The position numbers were made by a program, and so were the translations under genes. 64,000 nucleotides of DNA from Gammaproteobacteria bacterium (GTDB lineage: Bacteria; Pseudomonadota; Gammaproteobacteria; CBDBNL01; JAAOII01): assembly GCA_965209035.1 (NCBI GenBank), contig OZ242372.1, forward strand, positions 704,001 to 768,000, written 5' to 3'. Of the stretch, positions 50,542 through 60,478 are shown piece after piece (the stretch's first letter is position 1; each line of letters starts with the position of its first letter). The notes under the pieces were generated by a model. The model was not told the origin of the DNA. It ran no database searches and saw only the letters and a program-made list of their open reading frames with translations.

Positions 50542-51979
50542 GCACTCTGCGCGCAGGGGGACTCCCGCCCCGCGGGCACAGGCCGCCCCGCGGGCACAAG
50601 CCTCCCCCCGGGCACAAGCCTTGTCCGTTCTGACAAGCATCCTGCAAAAAAAATCCAACTTGGACAAACTCTTGAAAGAAAGAACGGTTGGGCTGAGCGC
50701 GCGCGATGCCGCTTTAACCGCCGAAATATCCTACGGGGTTTGCCGATTTTATCAGCGTCTTAAACGAAAACTGGACCGGGTCTCGGATCGCCCGCCGCGC
50801 GATACCGAAGTGGCGGTTGCCATTTTAATGGGAATTTATGAGTTGGAGTACACCCGCATACCCGCATATGCAACTCTGAACGAAATGACAACACTCATCG
50901 GAACACGCAAACGCCACGCCAAAGGAATGGTCAATGCGTGCCTGAGGAAACATCTGTCTTTTTTGGACAATTTTTTGGACCCTCTTTTGGACAATGACGA
51001 CTTGCGGTTGTCGGATGATCCGGAAGAACTGTACGCGCATCCGCAATGGCAGATTGAAAAATTCCGTCGCAACTTCCCGCAACATTGGCAAGAAATTCTA
51101 AAGTGCGGCAACGAGAAACCGCCGCTTGCTGTGCGGGTGAACCCGCACAGGTCCGGCATGCCGGACTATGCGGAACTTCTGAACAAACATTCCGTTGCCT
51201 GCCATCCTCAGGGCCGGGACCCGGATGCGCCGCACGGTTTGATATTGAAAAACAGCATTGCAACAAGCCGCTTGCCGGGATACTCGGACGGGACAGCCCG
51301 GGTGCAGGACATAGGTTCCCAAAAAGCGGCGAGATTGCCCAAGTTGCGGCAAGGGATGCGTTTGCTGGATGCTTGCTGTGCGCCGGGAAACAAAGTATCT
51401 TATATACTGAGCATAGCGAAGGCGGCGGGAATGGATTCCATTGCCGTTGATTGCTTGGATAAGAACCCTGTCCGGTTGGAAAGCGCGCGCCGCAACCTTG
51501 CCGAACAGGGTTTTTGTGCGGGGGATCTTCTTGCGTTCTTTTGCCAAGATCTCGCGGACTATGCAATGTCGCCGACACGGAATGCCCAATACGATTGTGT
51601 CCTTTTGGATGTGCCTTGCTCGGGCAGCGGTGTGATTCGGCGACATCCGGAACTGAAAATTTTGGCGGCGGAGGCGGACATTAAAAAACTGAGTCGGGAA
51701 CAACGCAACTTGCTCTCGCATGCTTGGAAATGTCTTAAACCGGGCGGAGAGTTAATTTACATCACTTGTTCTTTGTTTGCCGAAGAAAACGAGGAAGTCA
51801 TACGGGACTTTTTGGCAAAGCAAAAGGATGCCGTTTTTATTCCTCCCAAGTTAACCGCAACCGAAACAAGTCTCTTAGTCCCCCGACCGGGAGCGGGACT
51901 CTGTTTGCTGCCCGGCGAAACAAACGACGGTTTCTTTTTTGCCTGTCTAATGAAAAAAGATTCCTCTAAAAGCGGCTGA
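50525..51979 (+). CDS. rsmB: 16S rRNA m5C967 methyltransferase RsmB
   Basis: NusB-like N-terminal domain, VQD, LDACCAPGNK, DVPCSGSGVIRRHP, YITCS; start (TTG at 50525) uncertain. Confidence 0.92.
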   Translation: MGQRAKHSARRGTPAPRAQAAPRAQASPRAQALSVLTSILQKKSNLDKLLKERTVGLSARDAALTAEISYGVCRFYQRLKRKLDRVSDRPPRDTEVAVAILMGIYELEYTRIPAYATLNEMTTLIGTRKRHAKGMVNACLRKHLSFLDNFLDPLLDNDDLRLSDDPEELYAHPQWQIEKFRRNFPQHWQEILKCGNEKPPLAVRVNPHRSGMPDYAELLNKHSVACHPQGRDPDAPHGLILKNSIATSRLPGYSDGTARVQDIGSQKAARLPKLRQGMRLLDACCAPGNKVSYILSIAKAAGMDSIAVDCLDKNPVRLESARRNLAEQGFCAGDLLAFFCQDLADYAMSPTRNAQYDCVLLDVPCSGSGVIRRHPELKILAAEADIKKLSREQRNLLSHAWKCLKPGGELIYITCSLFAEENEEVIRDFLAKQKDAVFIPPKLTATETSLLVPRPGAGLCLLPGETNDGFFFACLMKKDSSKSG

Positions 51980-52092
51980 TAATTAATGCCCGCCAAAAGC
52001 GGGCTGATAATTGACGCCCGCTAAAAGCGGCTGATTAAGGATCCCCGCTGAAAGCGGCTGATAATTGACGCCCGCTAAAAGCGGCCTATTAA
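51966..52092. repeat. Five-copy tandem repeat of about 28 bp with CCGCTAAAAGCGG palindrome between convergent genes
   Basis: Repeated (CCG)CT(A/G)AAAGCGG(G)CTGAT units read directly. Confidence 0.85.
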
Positions 52093-52097
52093 GAGAA

Positions 52098-53690
52098 TTA
52101 AATCGTTTGTAGCAGATCTTTGGTGTATTGGGATTGCGGGTTGCGAAAAACTTTTGCCGTCTCGCCAAACTCCACCGCAGTGCCGCCGTGCAAAACCAAA
52201 GTTTTATGCCCCAAAGATCTTGCCAAACGCATATCGTGCGTAATGAACACATAGGCCAGTTTGTGCTCTTTTTGCAGTTGACGCAAAAGAGCAATGATCT
52301 CCGTCTGCACTGTCACATCCAAAGAAGAAGTCGGTTCATCCAGAACAAGAAGACGCGGTTGCATGATCAAAGCGCGGGCAATGGCAATGCGTTGTTTTTG
52401 ACCGCCGGAGAACTTGCTCGGCGGTTCAAACAGCCTGTCAGGGTCCAGTTGCACTTCTGTCATCGCCGCCTTGCATTGCTTTTGCAGATCTTCCGGGTTG
52501 CCCTCTTCTTTTTTGCGGCTGCGCATCAGTCCTTCCGTAATGATGCGAAACACACCAAACCGCGGGTTAATACTGGCGGCGGGATCTTGGAATATCATCT
52601 GCATTGTGGGACGCAGTGCGCGCAGTTGGCGCGAGGTCAACAGCCGCAGATCCTGCCCCGCAAAACGCACACTGCCATTCCAGTCTTCGTCCTTAAGTAG
52701 CCTGAGCAGGGCCAGGGCAAGAGATGTTTTACCGCTGCCGCTGCCGCCGATGACCGCCAGGGTCTCGCCGGCAAACAGATCAAAACTGACACCGGTCAAT
52801 GCCACGTGATAACCTTTGATGCGACGCAGAATTCCCTTGCGCTGCGGATAACGAATACGCAGGTCGCGCACGGCAAGCAGCGGCGCTTCATTGCTGCGCG
52901 CGGGCGCGCGTCGCGTCGGTCGGCCCACACGGTATGCCCCAAGAAGTTTCTTGGTGTAAGGATGTTTCGGTCTCTTCATCAGTTCCGATAGTTTCGTTAG
53001 TTTCGATGCTTTTCCCGTTTCTATGATCCGCCCGTCTTTCATTACACAGACATCGTCGCCGAAATGCCGAACCAGCGGGAGATCATGAGTAATTAACAGA
53101 AGACTTGTTTTCTGTTCGGAACAAAGAGCGCACATCAGGGTCATCATTTGCAATCTCAAAGAAGCATCCAAAGCAGTCGTCGGCTCGTCCGCTATCAACA
53201 GATCCGGTTTACGCATCATCATCATCGCCAATAGGACTCTTTGTCTTTGACCGCCGGACAATTGGTGCGGATAACGCTGCCCCAGTTCCTCGGGTAAATG
53301 CACTCGCGCAAGCGCTGCGCTCACTTCGGTGCGGCACAAGTTTGGATTTCTTTTTGAAAAAGGATGCGCCATCTCACTCAATTGCCGGGAAACCTTATGC
53401 AACGGGTTGAGAGCGGCAAGACTGTCTTGAAAAATCATGGCAATCTTAGTCCCGCGCAGCCGACTATTTTGCTTTTCGTTTGGCGGTAACAACTCGGTTC
53501 CCCGAAAGCGGATACTGCCGCGAACTTTTGCCCCGGCAGGCAACAATCCCATGATCGCCATAGCAGTCATGCTTTTACCGCTGCCACTTTCGCCGACCAG
53601 GGCGCAAACACGCCCTTTGCCAATATCCATACTGACATTGTGCAAAATCTCAGATTGCAGTGACAGATGCAGATTTCGGATGCTCAGCAT
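52098..53690 (-). CDS. yejF: Peptide ABC transporter dual ATP-binding protein (YejF-like)
   Basis: Two NBDs (GESGSGKS / GGSGSGKT), YPHQLSGGQRQR, FSGGQKQRIAIARAL. Confidence 0.8.
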   Translation of the reverse strand: MLSIRNLHLSLQSEILHNVSMDIGKGRVCALVGESGSGKSMTAMAIMGLLPAGAKVRGSIRFRGTELLPPNEKQNSRLRGTKIAMIFQDSLAALNPLHKVSRQLSEMAHPFSKRNPNLCRTEVSAALARVHLPEELGQRYPHQLSGGQRQRVLLAMMMMRKPDLLIADEPTTALDASLRLQMMTLMCALCSEQKTSLLLITHDLPLVRHFGDDVCVMKDGRIIETGKASKLTKLSELMKRPKHPYTKKLLGAYRVGRPTRRAPARSNEAPLLAVRDLRIRYPQRKGILRRIKGYHVALTGVSFDLFAGETLAVIGGSGSGKTSLALALLRLLKDEDWNGSVRFAGQDLRLLTSRQLRALRPTMQMIFQDPAASINPRFGVFRIITEGLMRSRKKEEGNPEDLQKQCKAAMTEVQLDPDRLFEPPSKFSGGQKQRIAIARALIMQPRLLVLDEPTSSLDVTVQTEIIALLRQLQKEHKLAYVFITHDMRLARSLGHKTLVLHGGTAVEFGETAKVFRNPQSQYTKDLLQTI

Positions 53691-53741
53691 CCTAACAGCC
53701 CCGCGGCGGATAACCTCCGCAATTGGACGCCGACCCGTCCG

Positions 53742-54761
53742 TTACAAAATACGCGGATCAAAAGAATCGCGCAGACCTTCGCCGACAAACACCAGCAGGG
53801 ATAACATGACTGTGATCACAACAAACGCCGTAATGCCGATCCAAGGCGCGGTGAGATTGGTTTTTGCCTGAGCAATTAACTCCCCCAAAGAGGGTGTTCC
53901 CAAAGGCAGTCCGTAACCCAGAAAATCCAAAGATGCCAAGACCGAAACGGCCGAAGTGAAAATCAAAGGAACAAATGTAAACACGGACACGGCGGCATTC
54001 GGCAAAATATGTGTGAACATAATACCCGTATCGCGGACACCCAGATTGCGCGCCGCCAACACATAGGTCATATTCCGGCCGCGCAGGAATTCCGCACGCA
54101 CCAGATCGGCCAAACCCATCCAACTAAACAGCAGCGTAATAAATAACAGCCACCAAAGATTCGGTTGAACCAGACTGGCAAGGATAATCAAAATGAACAG
54201 GACAGGCATACCGCTCCATACTTCAATCACTCGCTGCCCGAGTAAATCCGGCAAGCCACCGTAATATCCTTGGACGGCACCGAACAACACGCCCAATACA
54301 ACGGTGAACACAGTTAACAGAAATGCAAAAACAATGGAAATGCGGTAACCATACAGAACACGCGCCAGAAGATCCCTGCCCTGATCATCGGTGCCGAGCC
54401 AATGAATCGCATCCGGCGGGCTCGGTGTCGGCTTTGAAAGTTCGTAATCTATACCGGTCCCGCTGAACGGGATTGGCGGCCAAACTTGGCGGGCATTTTT
54501 CTCCGCAAAAAATGCGCGCATATAATCATCGCGATAATTGACATGCCAGTCCAACTCGCCGCCAAAATCGCGCTCCGTATAGTCGGTAAAAATCGGCACA
54601 TAAACCCGGTCATCCATTAAGATTAACCAAGGTCTGTCGTTCGCCAAAAACTCGGCAAACAAGGACAGGAGCGCCAAGATAGCAAATATCCAAAGCGAAT
54701 AGTAGGAACGCCTCCTGGCTCTGAACTTAGACCAAACAGAGCGGAGGGCCGCGGAATGCAT
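53742..54761 (-). CDS. yejE: Peptide ABC transporter permease (YejE-like)
   Basis: LFAEFLANDRP, WLGTDDQGRD, VRAEFLRGRN, GEGLRDSFDPR. Confidence 0.88.
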   Translation of the reverse strand: MHSAALRSVWSKFRARRRSYYSLWIFAILALLSLFAEFLANDRPWLILMDDRVYVPIFTDYTERDFGGELDWHVNYRDDYMRAFFAEKNARQVWPPIPFSGTGIDYELSKPTPSPPDAIHWLGTDDQGRDLLARVLYGYRISIVFAFLLTVFTVVLGVLFGAVQGYYGGLPDLLGQRVIEVWSGMPVLFILIILASLVQPNLWWLLFITLLFSWMGLADLVRAEFLRGRNMTYVLAARNLGVRDTGIMFTHILPNAAVSVFTFVPLIFTSAVSVLASLDFLGYGLPLGTPSLGELIAQAKTNLTAPWIGITAFVVITVMLSLLVFVGEGLRDSFDPRIL

Positions 54762-56123
54762 TTAGAACTTAAATCTGTATAAAAAAGGAGACCAGTCCGG
54801 TGATTTAATATTGCCGCCGCCAAGGGGCAGGTAAACCGGATTGCCGAGATCAACCGAAGCAATTGCCAATCTGTAACTGCCGCCGCGGCGCGTAGAATAA
54901 ATAACCCTGTTGCCGTCCGGCGATACGCTCGGACTGTCGTCCAGTTGATTTTTTGTCACCAACTGCAATTCTCCCTTCGCCAGGTCCATCTTGGTGACTC
55001 TGTAACCGCCGGCCGCTCGGGATATTAAAACAAGAGCACTGTCGCCGTGTGTGTACTCGGCACTTGATGTATAAACATTGTCAAATGTCAGACGCTTAAT
55101 TGCATTATCGTTCAGGTCGTATTGAAAGATTTGCGGTCTGTTGTTTATTCGGTCGGAAGTAAATACCAGTTTTGTCCCTTCCCGGGACCAGGCGGGTTCG
55201 GTGTCTATCCCGGGGTGCCGAGTCAATCGCCGTGCCTTCAAGCTATCCAGGTCTATCAAGTAGATATCGGCGTTGGCTCCTTGCGATAAAACCACCGCCA
55301 GTTGTCTGCCATCCGGCGACCAGGCGGGCGCGCTGTTAATTCCCCTAAAAGCGGTCACCAACCAACGTTTGCCGCTGAGGATATCCTGGACATAGATGTT
55401 GGAGCGACCGTTCTCAAAAGAAACATATGCAACTTTTTTGGCATCCGGCGACCAGGCGGGAGAAGTGATTGGCTCATCCGAACGCAAAATTAATCGTTCA
55501 CGTTTCCCGTCCGCATCGGCGATATTTAAACTAAACTCTTTTTTACCTCTTCGGTCAGATTCGCGCACAAAAACGATTTTTGTTGAAAAAGAACCTTGAA
55601 TGCCGAGCATCTTTTCATAAATATAATCGCTAACATAATGTGCGAAATCTTGCGTATATTTTGAGGGAAAAGTAAATGCATTGTTGGAAAGCACCTCCTC
55701 CGCAAAAACATCCATAATCGTAATGTTCAAACTGTAGGTGCGCCCGCCTGTTTTCGCTAGCTCGCCAAATATTAAATATTCAACATCCTTGTCGCGCCAC
55801 TCCTTGTAAAGAATTTGATTTACACGAAAGGGAGAAGAAGGCAAGTCGTTTTCGGCAATTCCAGTTAAGTGACCGCTAAAACGAAAGTCATTTCTTATCA
55901 GACGAACAATTTGAGTGCGCGTATCGGCACCGGCCCCCGATACGCGAAAAGGCACCAACGCCAAAGTAATGGGGCGAGTCACACCGCGACGAATCTTAAT
56001 GATTAACTCGTCTTCTTGTGCCGCCAATTGTTGGTCGGGGGTGCCGGGGGTGCTGTCCGCTGCCATCGCATTGCCGGCAAGAGCAAACAGGCAACAGCAA
56101 CAAAAAATAATTAATCTGTACAT
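54762..56123 (-). CDS. tolB: Tol-Pal system beta-propeller protein TolB
   Basis: AHYVSD.IY, ADADG, repeated P.WSPD, YVSFE; start placed at the MYRLII signal peptide. Confidence 0.95.
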   Translation of the reverse strand: MYRLIIFCCCCLFALAGNAMAADSTPGTPDQQLAAQEDELIIKIRRGVTRPITLALVPFRVSGAGADTRTQIVRLIRNDFRFSGHLTGIAENDLPSSPFRVNQILYKEWRDKDVEYLIFGELAKTGGRTYSLNITIMDVFAEEVLSNNAFTFPSKYTQDFAHYVSDYIYEKMLGIQGSFSTKIVFVRESDRRGKKEFSLNIADADGKRERLILRSDEPITSPAWSPDAKKVAYVSFENGRSNIYVQDILSGKRWLVTAFRGINSAPAWSPDGRQLAVVLSQGANADIYLIDLDSLKARRLTRHPGIDTEPAWSREGTKLVFTSDRINNRPQIFQYDLNDNAIKRLTFDNVYTSSAEYTHGDSALVLISRAAGGYRVTKMDLAKGELQLVTKNQLDDSPSVSPDGNRVIYSTRRGGSYRLAIASVDLGNPVYLPLGGGNIKSPDWSPFLYRFKF

Positions 56124-56224
56124 CCTTTCATTATAAAAACTCGGTGAGAACTTTTTGACGCAAATTCTGTGTCGGTTACCGTTGTCTCTTTTTTTTACCC
56201 CAAATAATAACATCTCTAACTCTT

Positions 56225-56941
56225 TTAAGGACCCAGTTGAAACTCCATGGTAATTTCTTTAAAGTATTTTTCCACCAGCAAAGGATCCGACGGCAAAATA
56301 AATCGTTTCACCCGGCGCACCGCCCTTTCGGCTTCGGCGTCAAATACGCGATTACCGCTGGACTTAAGAATTCGCATATCGGTTAGCCTCCCTTCCGCAT
56401 CCAAGAAAATTTTTATACGCACGACAAGCCCCTCAAAAAGTTTGCGTTGTGCGGCCGTCCCCGTATTAAAATTACGCTCTACCAAAGCCTGATTGCGTTG
56501 ATAGTATGCCAAGGCCTGATTAATTCTTGCCTCTTGCTTCTCTCGTATTTCTGCCGTTTCTTGTTCTGAGGCACTTTGCCCGGTCGTTTCTTTCTTTTCC
56601 ACATACAACGGGAGTTCGTCGGCAAGCGCCTCATCCGTGCGCTTTTTGTCGTCCGCGAGAACAGGCTGATTTAAATGCTCCACAAGGCTTTCCAAAGGGT
56701 TCTTTTGTGGCTGCGACGCGGATTTTTTAATCTTTTTGGGCGGGGTCGGGCGCACAGGTGCGACAAGCGTTACCAAGCTCGCTTTGACGGAAAGGCCGGG
56801 ATCCGGTTGTAAGGCAAATGTTTCTTCATCAATGTGCGTCCAGTTGCTTAGCATGATGACCAATACAATATGAACAAAACACGCGCCAAAACAAGGAAGC
56901 AAGAATGGCGGAGTATCATCCGCAAAATAACCGCCGGACAT
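56225..56941 (-). CDS. tolA: TolA/TonB-type energy transducer (short)
   Basis: N-terminal TM with His (CFVHIVL), C-terminal SSGNRVFD..A.RAV domain; between tolR and tolB. Confidence 0.75.
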   Translation of the reverse strand: MSGGYFADDTPPFLLPCFGACFVHIVLVIMLSNWTHIDEETFALQPDPGLSVKASLVTLVAPVRPTPPKKIKKSASQPQKNPLESLVEHLNQPVLADDKKRTDEALADELPLYVEKKETTGQSASEQETAEIREKQEARINQALAYYQRNQALVERNFNTGTAAQRKLFEGLVVRIKIFLDAEGRLTDMRILKSSGNRVFDAEAERAVRRVKRFILPSDPLLVEKYFKEITMEFQLGP

Positions 56942-56971
56942 GTTTTTTGTTTCGCTTTCTTTCGCGACAAC

Positions 56972-57391
56972 TCACTTGGACGGCGGTTGGGACACCAATC
57001 CCACATCCGAAATCCCGGCATTTTGCATCACTTGCATGAGTTCCATAATCTTGCCATATACAACCCTTGCATCCCCTTTAATAAACACATCCGGCACATC
57101 TTTATCCTTAAAAGTATCCGACAAATACCCGCGCAATTCGGGCAAAGATACCTGTTTACTGCCGCTGCCGCTATCATAGTAGTATTTTCCATCGGCGGTA
57201 ATACTAACCACCAGTTGATCTTTTTTGTTAATTTTAATCGGTTTGGCGGCAACCGAAGGCAACTTCACCGGATAACCCTGGGAAAGCAACGGGGCTGTGA
57301 CAATAAAAACCACAAGAAGGACCAACATCACATCAATATAGGGAACAACATTGATATCGGATATCAAACGATTTTTGCGCCGTCTTGCCAT
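56972..57391 (-). CDS. tolR: TolR
   Basis: INVVPYIDVMLVLLVVF.VTAP, GD..V.YG. Confidence 0.95.
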   Translation of the reverse strand: MARRRKNRLISDINVVPYIDVMLVLLVVFIVTAPLLSQGYPVKLPSVAAKPIKINKKDQLVVSITADGKYYYDSGSGSKQVSLPELRGYLSDTFKDKDVPDVFIKGDARVVYGKIMELMQVMQNAGISDVGLVSQPPSK

Positions 57392-57491
57392 GTGCTATGT
57401 GTGCTATGCGGATAGGACAAAAAACTTGCCCGCGTCCCTTTTCAAAAAGACCCTTCTGTCCATTTCATCCTTTTCATCCTTTTCATCCTTT

Positions 57492-58178
57492 TCATAAGGT
57501 GGAATAAAGACGGCGATGCAGAATACTGACAAACTCTTCACTAAATAACTCATAACGAGAAAGCAAAAAATCCGCCTTGCCGCCGTAATAATTGTAAGAA
57601 AGAACAGCCGGGATCGCGGCAATTAATCCCATGGCGGTTGCTATCAGGGCTTCGGCAATACCCGGCGCAACCACATTAATGGTGATCGCCTCGGTGGATG
57701 CGGCAAGTCCCAGGAACGCATTCATAATTCCCCAAACCGTACCAAAAAGACCGATATAGGGGCTCACCGAGCCAACGGATGCCAGAAAGCCCAGGCCGGA
57801 TATCAGAGATTCTTCCTCCCGGTTGATCGCCACCCGCATCAACCTTTGCACCCCTTCCATGGTCGCATCGGCGGAGGCTCTTTTCTTAAGAAGGCGATTA
57901 AATTCTTCGTATCCGTCCACAAAGACATTGTTAATACCGCGAATATTGCCTTTATTGTCGCGCAGTTCATAAAACAGGGTGTTCAAATCCATGCCGGACC
58001 AAAACTTGCGTTCAAACACATCCAAAGCGGCGCGACTGCCGCCGATGATCAGGTAACGCTGAATAATAACAATCCAGGAGAAGATCGAAGCTACGACAAG
58101 AACAGACATCGCCGCTTGGACCACCGGCGATGCTTCTTTTACCAGTTGCCAAAATGCTGTTTCGGTTAAAAATTCCAT
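57492..58178 (-). CDS. tolQ: TolQ
   Basis: FE.KFWSGMDL, SPYIGLFGTVWGIM, VAPGIAEALIATA; start placed at MEFL. Confidence 0.95.
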   Translation of the reverse strand: MEFLTETAFWQLVKEASPVVQAAMSVLVVASIFSWIVIIQRYLIIGGSRAALDVFERKFWSGMDLNTLFYELRDNKGNIRGINNVFVDGYEEFNRLLKKRASADATMEGVQRLMRVAINREEESLISGLGFLASVGSVSPYIGLFGTVWGIMNAFLGLAASTEAITINVVAPGIAEALIATAMGLIAAIPAVLSYNYYGGKADFLLSRYELFSEEFVSILHRRLYSTL

Positions 58179-58200
58179 TATTCTCTTGCTTGCTTGCGTC

Positions 58201-58656
58201 CTATTGTATCCGCTTGTCTTGCTCTGTCCCGGAGTCGGCAATCCCGGCAAGGATTTCTTTGGGTAAGAGGCGGGGACATAACTTTTGGGTATTAACACAT
58301 ACCACCTGAACTTGCGCTCGGCACAATAAGGCCTTGTCATGCACCCGACTAATGTCCTGGATAAAGGTTATCGCACACTTGCTTTTTTGCGCGGCATCCG
58401 CCCGCACCCGAAGAATGTCATCCAAGTAAGCGGGGGCAAGATATCTAATTTGCACTTGTCGCACTACAAACAAAATATTTCGCAGCCGCATGCTCTTTTT
58501 GTCCATGCCGATCCTGCGAATGAACTCGGTGCGCGCCCGCTCCATGAACTTAAGATAATTGGCGTAGTAAACAACACCGCCGGCATCCGTATCTTCCATG
58601 TAAACGCGCTGATGAAATGGCGAAAGAGCTGAGTGATTAACGCCGTGTATGGCCAT
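58201..58656 (-). CDS. ybgC: Tol-pal-associated acyl-CoA thioesterase
   Basis: RVYMEDTDAGGVVYYANYLKFMERARTE. Confidence 0.95.
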   Translation of the reverse strand: MAIHGVNHSALSPFHQRVYMEDTDAGGVVYYANYLKFMERARTEFIRRIGMDKKSMRLRNILFVVRQVQIRYLAPAYLDDILRVRADAAQKSKCAITFIQDISRVHDKALLCRAQVQVVCVNTQKLCPRLLPKEILAGIADSGTEQDKRIQ

Positions 58657-60427
58657 AAATTCTTAAGGTCGCCGAGCCGGAAGAACCTTGCCCGCCACCC
58701 GTAACCCTTAGTTCCCAGGCCCCATTGGGGTTCTCGCCAAGATGGGCCGCCGTGCCAAAAGTGAATGTGTTGCTAAGATCCGCACAATCCGTCACCCGTG
58801 TTGGCATCTCTCGATTCGGAAAAAAGTTCAAACAAGAATGCGGGTTGGCAAGACGACTTTGCACCCCGTTTGGAGAAACCAAAGTAATCGTCATATCTCC
58901 AAAATTGGGGTAATTCCCTTGCATTTCTACCTGAGCAGACTCAATAAAATTAATTGCGTCACTAATAGTGAAACTAAATCCACCGGCGTCGGCAGTTCCG
59001 GGAACGAACACTTGCTCTTCATTCGGTAAAAGTTCCCAATTTCTTGCTAAATTAACCGCGGCACCGGCATTCACCAAACCAAATCCATAGTCATGATGAT
59101 GTGTATAGCGAGTTGAGCCATTATGCAAGGTAAACCCCGAATCTTGCCACCCGATGTCGAAAGTTTCGTTCCGGTTCACATCCACCTGCTCGGCGGTTTC
59201 TGCCAGGATGAGTTTGACATCTCTCCATGTCAATTCCTCATTTGCATCCCTCATAAGGGCAATAATCCCGCTGACTGTCGGTGTGGCCGCCGAAGTGCCG
59301 GTAAAAAATCTGTGGTAATTAAAGGATTCAAAATTAAAACAATCCCGAATAATAAATGTTTGGCCCAGAACTCCCGTCGGGGTGCAGGCAATCACTACCG
59401 ATGGATCAGGCATTTTGTTATAACCGGCATTGCCGCTGAGATCCGTTGTAGATATACCCACGTGCTCAATAGTAAGCCGCATCAGCTCCTCATTCGAAAG
59501 ACCTCTACGTTCTTCCTCACCGGGAGATCTGCCCGAACTTGACGCACCGCAAACCCACAGGTTGGCACCCGGGTTGGAATAGGAGGCAACCTTATCATCC
59601 CTTCCTACCGAACAAACCGGTATGACCCCGCGGTGATTCAGCAGCCCTTCGTATGTTGCCAGATCTTCATATGCTTCCCCGCCGTTCCGAGGCGGAACCA
59701 TAAGTCCCTCAAACGGTATATTGTCGGATATTGTTCGAGCATTGCCGGCGGCAAAAACATAACTGATGCCTTTGCCGCCAAATCCAGTGGTTAATCCGCT
59801 ACTAATGGCCATCTCGCGCACACCACTCAACCTGGCTCTCAGCCTGGTATAAGATTGTGCCCCCCAACTGTTACTGGAAATTGCCGTTTCGTTCAACTCG
59901 CGTGTCAGAGATTGAAATAAATTACCTTCCGTAGAAGCACCGAGATAGTTAACACCAAATATCTTTGCCCCGTGGGCTATCCCCTTAATTCCCAATCCAT
60001 TGTTCGCCGTAGCTGCGATGATTCCCGCCACAGATGTGCCATGGCCGCTTTCGCAATCCTCGGGACGCGGGTCATTGCGAGGTATATTCTGATAACTGAC
60101 CACATTTAAACTCTTATTCGACGCAATATTATCTTTCAGATCCTCGTGTGCAATTTCCAAGCCATCGTCCACTATCCCGATTTGAATGCCTTTTCCGTTG
60201 AATCCGGATGTCCAAACTTCAGGAACCGACAGCCTACTCAGATACCACTGTGTATCACTCAACGGATCCCCACCCCCGGCGGTGCCTGCGGCGGACCCGG
60301 AATCAAGATCACAATGAGTACCGAAACCTCCCCTTGACCCCGAAAGTTCTTCGGGCACCACTTCAATTCCACAACCGGTGAGTGTGAGAAGTAAAACAAT
60401 GAGACCGCATAAATAAATTCTTTGCAT
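58637..60427 (-). CDS. S8 subtilase, kexin/furin-like lipoprotein with C-terminal P-domain
   Basis: Lipobox LTLTGC; triad VDDG, HGTSVAG, GTSAATP; NSWG, FAAGN, LTWRDV, YGFG; P-domain L.SP.G...GENPNGAW.L. Confidence 0.92.
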   Translation of the reverse strand: MQRIYLCGLIVLLLTLTGCGIEVVPEELSGSRGGFGTHCDLDSGSAAGTAGGGDPLSDTQWYLSRLSVPEVWTSGFNGKGIQIGIVDDGLEIAHEDLKDNIASNKSLNVVSYQNIPRNDPRPEDCESGHGTSVAGIIAATANNGLGIKGIAHGAKIFGVNYLGASTEGNLFQSLTRELNETAISSNSWGAQSYTRLRARLSGVREMAISSGLTTGFGGKGISYVFAAGNARTISDNIPFEGLMVPPRNGGEAYEDLATYEGLLNHRGVIPVCSVGRDDKVASYSNPGANLWVCGASSSGRSPGEEERRGLSNEELMRLTIEHVGISTTDLSGNAGYNKMPDPSVVIACTPTGVLGQTFIIRDCFNFESFNYHRFFTGTSAATPTVSGIIALMRDANEELTWRDVKLILAETAEQVDVNRNETFDIGWQDSGFTLHNGSTRYTHHHDYGFGLVNAGAAVNLARNWELLPNEEQVFVPGTADAGGFSFTISDAINFIESAQVEMQGNYPNFGDMTITLVSPNGVQSRLANPHSCLNFFPNREMPTRVTDCADLSNTFTFGTAAHLGENPNGAWELRVTGGGQGSSGSATLRIYGHTRR

Positions 60428-60478
60428 GCTTAATCTTTATTCTTTAAACCGTAGGTTATTCTCTTTTCCATCCGGTTC

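Noticed and set aside
51966-52092. 28-bp palindromic array as a mini-CRISPR
   Set aside because: Linkers are about 15 bp and partly identical; no leader or cas genes.
56124-58340. Long N-terminal extensions of TolB and TolQ in the ORF track
   Set aside because: Upstream alternative-start artefacts; downstream ATGs give normal lengths and, for TolB, a signal peptide.
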